In this document: positions 8,795 to 16,389 of the stretch, piece by piece | Position numbering within the stretch: position 1 is the stretch's first letter | How the letters are laid out: every line of letters starts with the position of its first letter | Assembly: GCA_037442105.1 (NCBI GenBank) | Contig: JBBIQV010000032.1 | Coordinates: forward strand, 1 to 38,107 | Source of the DNA: Nitrospiraceae bacterium | Lineage (GTDB): Bacteria > Nitrospirota > Nitrospiria > Nitrospirales > Nitrospiraceae | Reading direction: 5' to 3' | DNA length: 38,107 nt | Translations under genes and position numbers: made by a program | The notes under the pieces: generated by a model | The model's input: the letters and a program-made list of their open reading frames with translations, nothing else | Databases searched by the model: none | Told to the model about the DNA's origin: nothing

Positions 8795-8886
8795 CGTGAA
8801 TCGTCAATCGTCAGTCGTCAATCGTCGGAGGGGCGATAACAACAGTTTTCCCTCCCCGGTTGTCGTATGGCGGTTGACCAACGACG
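8795..8886. repeat. 7-bp tandem array plus degenerate inverted copy forming a long hairpin between ubact and prcB
   Basis: CGTGAAT CGTCAAT CGTCAGT CGTCAAT CGTCGGA (8795-8829), inner GGAGGG/CCCTCC pairing, and inverted units GTTGTCG TATGGCG GTTGACC AACGACG (8859-8886). Confidence 0.65.
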
Positions 8887-8887
8887 T

Positions 8888-9082
8888 CTACTCACCCGTC
8901 CGCTGCCGATACCGCTCCGCCTGCTTCGGATCTACCTTCCTCATCCGTTTGAGAAGATTCTCCTTGTCCGGCGAACCGGTTTCAGGCCGTTTCGGCCCCC
9001 CACCATCCTCGAACGGACTCGTTGGTTTCGGCATCGGATCGAACGGCGCTTCCCTCCGTTCGAACCTCGTGATGATGTTCAT
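8888..9082 (-). CDS. ubact: Ubiquitin-like small modifier UBact (Pup analogue), 64 aa
   Basis: Small charged Pro/Gly-rich protein ending ...VDPKQAERYRQRTGE, located exactly where pup lies (dop-X-prcB); ATGA overlap with the dop stop; RBS AAAGGA. Confidence 0.9.
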   Translation of the reverse strand: MNIITRFERREAPFDPMPKPTSPFEDGGGPKRPETGSPDKENLLKRMRKVDPKQAERYRQRTGE

Positions 9083-10605
9083 CGCTGTTGTTCCTTTCGT
9101 TGCCCCCACACCTGCAACGCGTCTATCGGCAAAGAAGCCTTCTCCAATGCTGCAGCCAGTTCCCACACCGCCTCCGGCTCGAAGAGATCGCTCATGTCTA
9201 AGGTTTTTGGCAGGATGTCGCCTATGAACCGGACCCGCTCCCATTGAATCGATTGGATATGCTCTCGAAATCGGCGAACGCAGAGGCCCCGAATGCCGCC
9301 GCGCGTGTCGCGCGGGCCGACCACCATCGCGTGATCGATCTCGCCGTCCGTCGTGAGCCGGGCGGTCTTGCCTTCTGCCTCCAGCCCTAAGTAGAGCCCT
9401 CGCTCGGGGTCGAGGTTGTGATACTCCAAGTCCAGGCTCGCCAACCAGGGATCATCCCAGCCGATCCGTTCTTCTCGCACAAACGTCTCCAAGAACCAGA
9501 GTTTCGTGACCCAGTCCAGCCGCCCCACCAACTGCGAACGATCGCCGGCCAACAATGCTAGCGTGCGCGCCCATTCCCGAAGGACCCAATCGGCTTCTTC
9601 GTCGGAGCCGGCCAACACCTTGTCGGCAGCCAGCCAATAGGCCTCCTGCAGCTCCAGTGCAGAGATAGTGCCGCTCCCTTTGCGCCGGACGGTCGCCTTG
9701 AGATCGGCATCGCGAGAAAGTTCCTTCACCGCCGCGACGGGAGTCTCTAACTCGCACCGGGGCGCCGCACCTTGTTCGATCAGGTCCAGCACCAATCTGG
9801 TCGTTCCCACTTTCAGCGCCGTGGCGTATTCGCACATATTGGCGTCGCCGACGATCAAATGGAGCCGGCGGTACTTGGCCCGATCCGCGTGCGGCTCATC
9901 GCGGGTATTCAGGATCGGACGGTTGTGCATGGTATCCACACTGAACTCCGTCTCCATGAAATCCGCACGCTGCGAGAGCTGATAGTGGCCCGCTCGGAAC
10001 CCGCCTTCTTGCGCCTCAATGCCGACCTTCCCCGCGCCGGCAATGAGCTGCCGGCTCACGAGAAACGGCATGAGGCCGGCCGCCAAGGCATCGAACGGTA
10101 TTGAACGAGGCACCAGATAATTGTCATGGCACCCGTAACTGTGCCCGTGAAAGTCGGTGTTGTTCTTGTAAAGCTGCACATGCGGACCACCCAACGCGCG
10201 GTTCCGTCGTAGGGCCGCCCGATAGAGCATCCGCTCGCCCGCTCGATCATGGGCCACCAGATCGCGCAGCGTCCGGCATTCGGGAGTGGAATACTCCGGA
10301 TGTGTATGGTCGTTATAAAATCGGGCTCCGTTTGGAAGCACGAGATCGCTCTTCATCTCGTGAAAGGAGAAGGGACGGTAGGCGTCCTGCTTCACAAACT
10401 CACTTTCTTCCTCATCCTGCTGGAGACCCGTCACGCGGAACCCTCGCGCATCTTCATGCGGATCCTCGCCGCTATAGTCCCACGTCTTCTCGAATGTGCC
10501 GGTCAAATGCGCCCGCACAAGCTCCATCGACTCGACGACCGGATCGACCACCTCCAGATCGTCTCTCGTGATGCCGTATTCCGTCTCAATCCCGAACAAC
10601 CGCAT
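9079..10605 (-). CDS. dop: Depupylase/deamidase Dop (PafA2 family)
   Basis: GIETEYG, Dop loop WDYSGEDPHEDARGF, NGARFYNDHTHPEYSTPEC, KNNTDFHGHSYGCHDNY and NTRDEPHAD motifs. Confidence 0.92.
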   Translation of the reverse strand: MRLFGIETEYGITRDDLEVVDPVVESMELVRAHLTGTFEKTWDYSGEDPHEDARGFRVTGLQQDEEESEFVKQDAYRPFSFHEMKSDLVLPNGARFYNDHTHPEYSTPECRTLRDLVAHDRAGERMLYRAALRRNRALGGPHVQLYKNNTDFHGHSYGCHDNYLVPRSIPFDALAAGLMPFLVSRQLIAGAGKVGIEAQEGGFRAGHYQLSQRADFMETEFSVDTMHNRPILNTRDEPHADRAKYRRLHLIVGDANMCEYATALKVGTTRLVLDLIEQGAAPRCELETPVAAVKELSRDADLKATVRRKGSGTISALELQEAYWLAADKVLAGSDEEADWVLREWARTLALLAGDRSQLVGRLDWVTKLWFLETFVREERIGWDDPWLASLDLEYHNLDPERGLYLGLEAEGKTARLTTDGEIDHAMVVGPRDTRGGIRGLCVRRFREHIQSIQWERVRFIGDILPKTLDMSDLFEPEAVWELAAALEKASLPIDALQVWGQRKEQQR

Positions 10606-10670
10606 CTTCTTCCGCTCTTCCCTCTCCTCTTAGGCTAATGCCCAGCGGGACGGTTGGGATGCCCTGCCTT

Positions 10671-12443
10671 TCAAATAATCCGTCCCACCAACCGTTCCTC
10701 TGTCTGCCGTCCCTGGCGGAACGATGAAACCCCGACCACCTGTTCCGGATGATGATCGAGCAGCTTCAGCCATTCTTCGGCTGCGTCATCCGGCGGCAAC
10801 ACCTCGCCCTCACGGTATTCCTCCTGAGTCGCCTGAAGGAGATCGTCGAGCGTCATTCCTGAAGAAACACGGTCCCTGCCTGCATAGATCACCCGATCGA
10901 TAGCCTTCTCCTTCGCTCGCTGGACGATGGAGGCGAGGATGGCGCCGCTGACCAGATCGCCCCGGTAGAGAACCTTGTTCTGACCGCTGCGAAGTCGTAC
11001 CGCCAACAAACGGTTCTCATCGCTGCGCGTAAAAATCCTGTCCACCACGCTCGTCACCAACGCCTCGCAAGCAGCGGCCCTGTCGCTCTCGTGCGCGGCG
11101 ACCAGTTCTGGATCGAGCGGCAACTCCGGGGTGAGATAAATTTTCAGGATGTCCGCCGCCGCTTGGCGCGTCGGACGCGCCACCTTGATCTTGCGATCGA
11201 TGCGCCCCGGACGCAGCACCGCCGGGTCGATGAGATCCGGCCTGTTCGAGGCCAGGATGATCACAACATCGCGCAGGGACTCAATCCCGTCCATCTCCGC
11301 GCAAAACATCGGGACCAACGTGTTGTTGATGTTGAACGACCGCATGGACCGCCTGGTCCCAAGAATCGATTCCGCCTCATCGATGAAAATGAACGGGAGT
11401 GTCCCCTCCTGACGACGAGCCCGCGCCTGGGCAAACAGGTCGCGCACGATGCGCTCCGATTCACCCAGCCACATGTTCAGGATCTCCGGCCCTTTCACAT
11501 GGAGAAACGATCCTCCGGTGATCGGCGGCTTCTCCGCAGCTTCACCATATCCCTCCTGCCGAGCCGACTCACCAACCAGTTTCGCCAGGCTAGCGGCAGC
11601 CGCCTGGCCGATCAGTGTCTTGCCGCACCCGGGCGGACCATAGAGAAGAAAGCCCTTCGGTTGGGTAAATCTGAATTGCTCGAAGGTCTTAGAATGGAGC
11701 AGGGGATATTCGATGGCCTTGCGAATCGCCTCGATGGCAGCCTTTTGTCCACCAATTTGGTCCCAGGTGATATGAGGCACTTCGTCCAGCATGTGGCTCT
11801 TTGCTTTTCGGTCCTCGAGTTTCTCGATCGCGATTCGATGGCTGGGATCGATGCGCACCTCATCCCCGGCCTTCAACCCCACGCCGGCCAGATCGCTCGA
11901 CCGCTGGAGGATCAGCGCCTGGCGGCCCATGTCCTGCTCGAACCGGATGCGCCCATCTGGCAGCGTTTCCGCTACCCTGAGCACCGGACCGTTGCGATCG
12001 TATCCAAGCGTTTTGATCACCGCATAGGCTTCATTCACGAGAATTTGCGTGCCGATCTTCAAGTCGTCTGTCGGGACGCGCGGATCGACGTTGGCATAAT
12101 ACTCGGCGCCGCCGACTACAATGCGCGCCAACCCCTCGGCGGGAAGTTCCAACAACGTGCCGATCCGGTTGGCCGGCGCTGTCAGCTTGCCGACGACTTC
12201 GCTGAGTTTCTTGAATTCCGCTTCGCGCTGCTGGCCGGCCACCAACTGCTGCATCACCAGATGCCGGAGCTTGTAAAGAGTCTTTTGGCGTGGATCGCCG
12301 TCAGAGAAAGCGGCATGGCATTCATCGATCAGCTCAAGAGGATCGCTTGCGCGCAAACCGGAGGCTCGCTCGGCAGAAGCCGAATCTGTCCGCGCCTTCC
12401 CCTCGTTCCTGTCGTCTCTATCGGCCTTCCGATGGTCGCTCAT
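10671..12443 (-). CDS. arc: Proteasome-associated AAA+ ATPase ARC/Mpa
   Basis: N-terminal coiled coil and OB-like interdomain; Walker A GPPGCGKT, KGPEILNMWLGESE, Walker B IFIDEAE, SNRPDLIDPAVLRPGRIDRKI and SGAILASIVQRAK; RBS GGAGGT. Confidence 0.93.
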   Translation of the reverse strand: MSDHRKADRDDRNEGKARTDSASAERASGLRASDPLELIDECHAAFSDGDPRQKTLYKLRHLVMQQLVAGQQREAEFKKLSEVVGKLTAPANRIGTLLELPAEGLARIVVGGAEYYANVDPRVPTDDLKIGTQILVNEAYAVIKTLGYDRNGPVLRVAETLPDGRIRFEQDMGRQALILQRSSDLAGVGLKAGDEVRIDPSHRIAIEKLEDRKAKSHMLDEVPHITWDQIGGQKAAIEAIRKAIEYPLLHSKTFEQFRFTQPKGFLLYGPPGCGKTLIGQAAAASLAKLVGESARQEGYGEAAEKPPITGGSFLHVKGPEILNMWLGESERIVRDLFAQARARRQEGTLPFIFIDEAESILGTRRSMRSFNINNTLVPMFCAEMDGIESLRDVVIILASNRPDLIDPAVLRPGRIDRKIKVARPTRQAAADILKIYLTPELPLDPELVAAHESDRAAACEALVTSVVDRIFTRSDENRLLAVRLRSGQNKVLYRGDLVSGAILASIVQRAKEKAIDRVIYAGRDRVSSGMTLDDLLQATQEEYREGEVLPPDDAAEEWLKLLDHHPEQVVGVSSFRQGRQTEERLVGRII

Positions 12444-12476
12444 CTCTTACCTCCGGCCAATTGTCGCCAGGTTATC

Positions 12477-12607
12477 CTAGCAGGATGTTGAAAAGGTCCG
12501 CCAGCTTTGTTCTCGCGTCGCTCAGAGACTCAACGTACGACAAAAGTACGCCTCGCCTCTTCGCTCGCTTCGGCCGCGCTGGACGGCCTTTTTGAACATC
12601 CTGCAAG
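12477..12607. mobile_element. MITE-like non-autonomous element (~130 bp) with imperfect terminal inverted repeats
   Basis: Left end CTAGCAGGATGTTGAAAAGG and right end CCTTTTTGAACATCCTGCAAG are near-complementary; no transposase; intergenic between htrA and arc. Confidence 0.72.
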
Positions 12608-12640
12608 AATTGTGTCCTTCTCAGCAAGCCTCCACCTCGC

Positions 12641-13768
12641 TCAGTTCACCGCTTGCAAAGTCACGGTCACTTGCTGGCGGCGGTTGCCACGAATGTACTC
12701 CACTATGACCTGGTCCCCGACCTTATGGTGTTCCATGATATCCATCAGGTCATCCACCGTCGTGACCGCCTTGCCGTCCACATCCACGATCACATCGCCC
12801 AATTCAACGCGGCCCATAGCCGTCTCACGCGCCGCGCGCAAGCCGGCTTGCTCCGCACCACTTCCCTTCGACACTTTGCCGATGACCAGTCCTTTGATCC
12901 CCCATCGCTTGGCAATAGCATCAGGCACCAGCGACACGCCCAGACCCGGACGGATGAGCTTCCCGTATTTAATGAGCTCCGGCACGACGCGGTTGACCGT
13001 GTCAACCGGGACCGCGAAGCCGATGCCGGCAAAGGCGCCGCTCGGGCTCACGATCTGCGTGTTGATTCCGATCAGTCGACCAGTGCTGTCCAGCAACGGC
13101 CCGCCGGAGTTGCCCGGGTTGATGGCCGCGTCTGTTTGAATGACCCCTTCGATCGTCCTGCTCGAGAGGGACTTGATCGTGCGGCCGAGCGCGCTCACCA
13201 CGCCGGTCGTGAGGGTATGGTCCAACCCGAAGGGATTCCCGATGGCCAACACTTTTTGCCCGACGCGGAGGTCGTGGGAACTGCCGACCACCACAGGGCT
13301 CAGTGCATCCTCCGACGCCTGAATCTGGAGAACGGCGAGATCATGGTCCGGATCAGTACCGACGACTTTCGCCTTATGTTCCATGCGATCGGCCAGCGTG
13401 ACGGTAATCGCGTCTGCGCCGTAGACGACGTGGAAGTTCGTGACGATGTGTCCCTGTTTATTCCAGACGAATCCCGAACCGGAGCCTTGCGGGACCTCGA
13501 ACAAGTTGAACGACCAGGGATCCCGCTGTATAGCCGTGTTCGCAATAAAAACCACCGACTTGGTGGCCCGCTCGAACACCGCCATCGTCGCGCGTTCGTC
13601 TGGGGCAAAGTCGGCGGGCGGAGTCACCTGGCGAGGACGGCCTTCCGGCCCTTCGTAAGCCGAGCCGAGCGGTTTGCCCCACTCGCCTGCCTCAGCGCAG
13701 GAGGCAGCCGGACCGATCAGGCAAGCAACCATCATTGCGGCGGCCCACAGAGTCCGAACGACGTGCAT
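12641..13768 (-). CDS. HtrA/Deg-family serine protease with one PDZ domain
   Basis: Signal peptide; catalytic triad motifs TNFHVV, DLAVL and INPGNSGGPL; C-terminal PDZ domain. Confidence 0.93.
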   Translation of the reverse strand: MHVVRTLWAAAMMVACLIGPAASCAEAGEWGKPLGSAYEGPEGRPRQVTPPADFAPDERATMAVFERATKSVVFIANTAIQRDPWSFNLFEVPQGSGSGFVWNKQGHIVTNFHVVYGADAITVTLADRMEHKAKVVGTDPDHDLAVLQIQASEDALSPVVVGSSHDLRVGQKVLAIGNPFGLDHTLTTGVVSALGRTIKSLSSRTIEGVIQTDAAINPGNSGGPLLDSTGRLIGINTQIVSPSGAFAGIGFAVPVDTVNRVVPELIKYGKLIRPGLGVSLVPDAIAKRWGIKGLVIGKVSKGSGAEQAGLRAARETAMGRVELGDVIVDVDGKAVTTVDDLMDIMEHHKVGDQVIVEYIRGNRRQQVTVTLQAVN

Positions 13769-13773
13769 GGGAA

Positions 13774-14196
13774 TTACTCGCCGATGATTTGGATCACGAG
13801 TTCGCGCGTGCGAGGTCTCGTATCGAAGTCGATGACGACGATCTGCTGCCAGGTGCCTAAGGTGATGGAGCCATCGGCGAAAGGAATCGTGACCGACGGG
13901 CCTTGGATTTGCCCGCGCAGGTGGCTGTGACCGTTGTCCTCGCCCGGATTCCTGGTGTTGTGCCGCCAGGCCGGATCGGCCGGAACAAGACGATCCCAGA
14001 TGGCCCTGGTGTCGGCACGAATCCCGGGCTCATCCTCGATGATCATGATCGAGGCGGTCGTGTGTTTGATGAACACGGTGAGAATGCCGGCGCGGAAGGG
14101 TGTACCGGCGAGCGCCTCATGCACCTGCTTGGTGATGTTCTCGATCTGCGCATCGCCGCGCATGTTCACGCGGAGCGGGACCGTCTTTACCGGCAT
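13774..14196 (-). CDS. yjbQ: YjbQ/UPF0047 family protein
   Basis: HTTASI, HN...EDNGHSHLR and LGTWQQIVVIDFD motifs; ATG 14196. Confidence 0.9.
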   Translation of the reverse strand: MPVKTVPLRVNMRGDAQIENITKQVHEALAGTPFRAGILTVFIKHTTASIMIIEDEPGIRADTRAIWDRLVPADPAWRHNTRNPGEDNGHSHLRGQIQGPSVTIPFADGSITLGTWQQIVVIDFDTRPRTRELVIQIIGE

Positions 14197-15071
14197 GCTG
14201 TCGCCCCCGTCGTCATGGATCGCAAGTAGTGGCACTCAGCCGCCGTGAGGGACCGGCCGCGTGCCTGGGCCAGAATCGCGTCAAATGCGCCCTCAGCCGC
14301 CAGGCCTCGCAAGGCCGCCATCACTTCCACGCCGAGGATTCCTTCCTGCGCCAATTTGTCTAGATACGCAAAGGCCTCGGCTAGCGTTTCTTTCTTTCGC
14401 GCGTAGTAGTCGCGGCCACGACGCTGATTGCTGTACGCTTCGAATTGTTCGCAAGCCACCAACACCTCCCCCAGTTGGCGCACCCACGGGGCCGCTCCGG
14501 CGAGCCGTTCGGGATAGTAGTAGTAGAGCGTCACGAGCTGCATCCAGGGCGCCCAGGTGACGCCCATTCGCTTGAGACGCGGTTTCACCTCGCGCAACCG
14601 GCGTGCGAGCCGGCGCGCATAGCCCAATCGCATTTCCACCTGCTCGGCTGCCCAGCGGTCCATGCGAATACCTGCGGCATCAAGCTCGCGGGAGTACCGG
14701 GCAAGAAAAGCCTCCGTCTCATGCCCGTAGGCTGTCTCAGGATACACGGCGCGCCACTCACGCGGCCTGGTCGGGATACCCCGCTCCTTCGCCCACGACC
14801 AGATTTGGCCAAACAACCGTCGATCCAACCCGGCTCGTCCTAGGTCATGCAGCAGACAGGCGATCTGGTACCGCTTCACCCGCTCCGGAGGATGGCCTAA
14901 TCGCTGAGCCACCGCGGCGCACATGCGGGCCGTGCGAAGGGCGTGCGCACGGTCATAGCCGCGGATGATTCGGCGACGGCGAGGATCGGGATAATCGTAC
15001 AAACGCAGCAGGCGACCGGCAAATGGCCGAGACACCAACAACGGCGCTTGATGATGTGGCGACGTTCGCAT
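14187..15071 (-). CDS. HD-domain protein with degenerate HD-GYP-like C-terminus
   Basis: HALRTA...LLHDLG HD signature; YYYYPERLAG and LVACEQFEAY align by eye with the HHERxDG and VADxFDA motifs; start uncertain (15071 or 15122). Confidence 0.7.
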   Translation of the reverse strand: MRTSPHHQAPLLVSRPFAGRLLRLYDYPDPRRRRIIRGYDRAHALRTARMCAAVAQRLGHPPERVKRYQIACLLHDLGRAGLDRRLFGQIWSWAKERGIPTRPREWRAVYPETAYGHETEAFLARYSRELDAAGIRMDRWAAEQVEMRLGYARRLARRLREVKPRLKRMGVTWAPWMQLVTLYYYYPERLAGAAPWVRQLGEVLVACEQFEAYSNQRRGRDYYARKKETLAEAFAYLDKLAQEGILGVEVMAALRGLAAEGAFDAILAQARGRSLTAAECHYLRSMTTGATACR

Positions 15072-15148
15072 GCACTCGCACGATGCTGAGGTTGGCCGGG
15101 ACGGTGCGGAGTATGTGAGCAAATCGGTGCCGCGCCGGTGGACGCAGA

Positions 15149-15178
15149 AGAATATCGCCCGTTCGAATGGCTAGTCAA
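15149..15178 (-). promoter_or_regulatory. Sigma70-type promoter candidate TTGACT-18 bp-TATTCT driving the HD-yjbQ-htrA genes
   Basis: Minus-strand -35 at 15173-15178 and -10 at 15149-15154 in the divergent intergenic region. Confidence 0.5.
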
Positions 15179-15219
15179 CCGACAAATGGTGTGCAAGACT
15201 CGCGTAACAATCGGTTGTT

Positions 15220-15228
15220 TGCTATGCT
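15220..15228 (+). promoter_or_regulatory. Extended -10 promoter TGcTATGCT, probably giving a leaderless mRNA
   Basis: -10 ends 7 nt before ATG 15235; no SD; preceded by palindrome AACAA-TCGG-TTGTT (15206-15219). Confidence 0.45.
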
Positions 15229-15234
15229 GCGGCT

Positions 15235-15849
15235 ATGAGAGCGTTCCTCCGGTTGGCGGCTATCCCGGGTGTATTGGTCGCGCTGGCGTTCCCCGACCGT
15301 CTGCTTGCAGCCTCCATCGATCAACTCGCCGATCTCACCGGAAAAGCCACCGTGGTGGTCACCTTGAAAGGGCGTGACAATTTCACCAGCGAATATCGCT
15401 ATGACGTGAGCGTACGGAATCAGTCGGCTGATCCGTTGATTGCGGATTCCTTGATCGTGGTGTTGGACAAAATCACCAACCTCGCCGGCGAGGAACGAGA
15501 ACCTTTGAAGAGCGAATCCCTCTTAAGCCGCTTTGAAGTGCTCGGGCAGGACGGAGAAACGGACGACGGCAAACCCTTCTTTCGTATCCCGGCCTCGAAC
15601 GGTCCGGACCTTCTCCCGCATAGCGAGAGCCGGCCCGCAAACGTCCGTATCAGAAACAAAGACTATCTGATTGTGTTCACGCCTTCGTTCAAAGTGCTGG
15701 GCCAGAAACGGCCGCCGCCCGAACCGAAACAGGCGGAGCCACAACCTCACGCCGGCTCAGGTCGCAATTCCATCGATAAGCTGATCCAGTTGCTCATCAA
15801 GAAAGGCGTCCTCACGGAAGAAGAATGGCGCCGAGCCAACCAGCAGTGA
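15235..15849 (+). CDS. Hypothetical exported protein
   Basis: Signal peptide, beta-rich core, Pro-rich linker and a short C-terminal helix (LIQLLIKKGVLTEEEW). Confidence 0.75.
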   Translation: MRAFLRLAAIPGVLVALAFPDRLLAASIDQLADLTGKATVVVTLKGRDNFTSEYRYDVSVRNQSADPLIADSLIVVLDKITNLAGEEREPLKSESLLSRFEVLGQDGETDDGKPFFRIPASNGPDLLPHSESRPANVRIRNKDYLIVFTPSFKVLGQKRPPPEPKQAEPQPHAGSGRNSIDKLIQLLIKKGVLTEEEWRRANQQ

Positions 15850-16274
15850 CCTCCCCAGACTGCAAAGCCTGCCGCGGAGAATGGCCGCGCAAGGATCATC
15901 GTATCTCTGATTGTGGATCGACCGTAGCCTATCTCCATGGCGATCAATTTTTCCCAGGCTGGACCGTGCTGGTCCTCAAGAGGCACGCGACGGAACTGTT
16001 TCAACTGTTCCAAGAAGAACGAGCGCAGCTTATCGAAGAAGTGTCCCGCGTTGCCACAGCCCTGGCAGAAGAATTCCGGGCGCACAAGATCAACTACGAA
16101 CTCCTCGGCAACCAACTGCCGCACATCCACTGGCATCTCATTCCACGGCTCGCCACTGATCCCGCCCCTCTCGAACCGGTCTGGCGGGTACACCATGAGC
16201 CGCTGCAACTAGCAACGTCCGCTCTTCAGGACCGGATTCAACGACTTCGCACCAGACTCGACAAGTTGGGTTAG
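15846..16274 (+). CDS. HIT-family nucleotide hydrolase
   Basis: CKAC motif and histidine triad HIHWHLIPR; GTGA overlap with the upstream stop. Confidence 0.88.
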   Translation: MTSPDCKACRGEWPRKDHRISDCGSTVAYLHGDQFFPGWTVLVLKRHATELFQLFQEERAQLIEEVSRVATALAEEFRAHKINYELLGNQLPHIHWHLIPRLATDPAPLEPVWRVHHEPLQLATSALQDRIQRLRTRLDKLG

Positions 16275-16336
16275 CGACCTAGGATTACCGCCCGTCGCCT
16301 GCCACTCCGGGATCAGGCTCCAACCAGCCGAGCAGA

Positions 16337-16345
16337 TGGTATAAT
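16337..16345 (+). promoter_or_regulatory. Extended -10 promoter TGgTATAAT for the TPR/CHASE2-activator pair
   Basis: Perfect TATAAT with TG extension, ~45 nt upstream of ATG 16390. Confidence 0.55.
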
Positions 16346-16389
16346 ATTTTTCATTTTACACACACCGTCCGGAGGGTCACAGGTTTCCG

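Noticed and set aside
8795..8886. Possible CRISPR-like array
   Set aside because: Units are only 7 bp with no unique spacers, and no cas genes are present
9083..9244. N-terminal extension of the 118 aa ORF containing UBact
   Set aside because: Overlaps dop in another frame; the ATG at 9082 has an RBS and ATGA coupling
11091..13930. Long plus-strand ORFs (466 aa, 210 aa, 425 aa) opposite arc and htrA
   Set aside because: Antisense shadows with no domain signatures or RBS; the 210 aa ORF begins inside the MITE-like element
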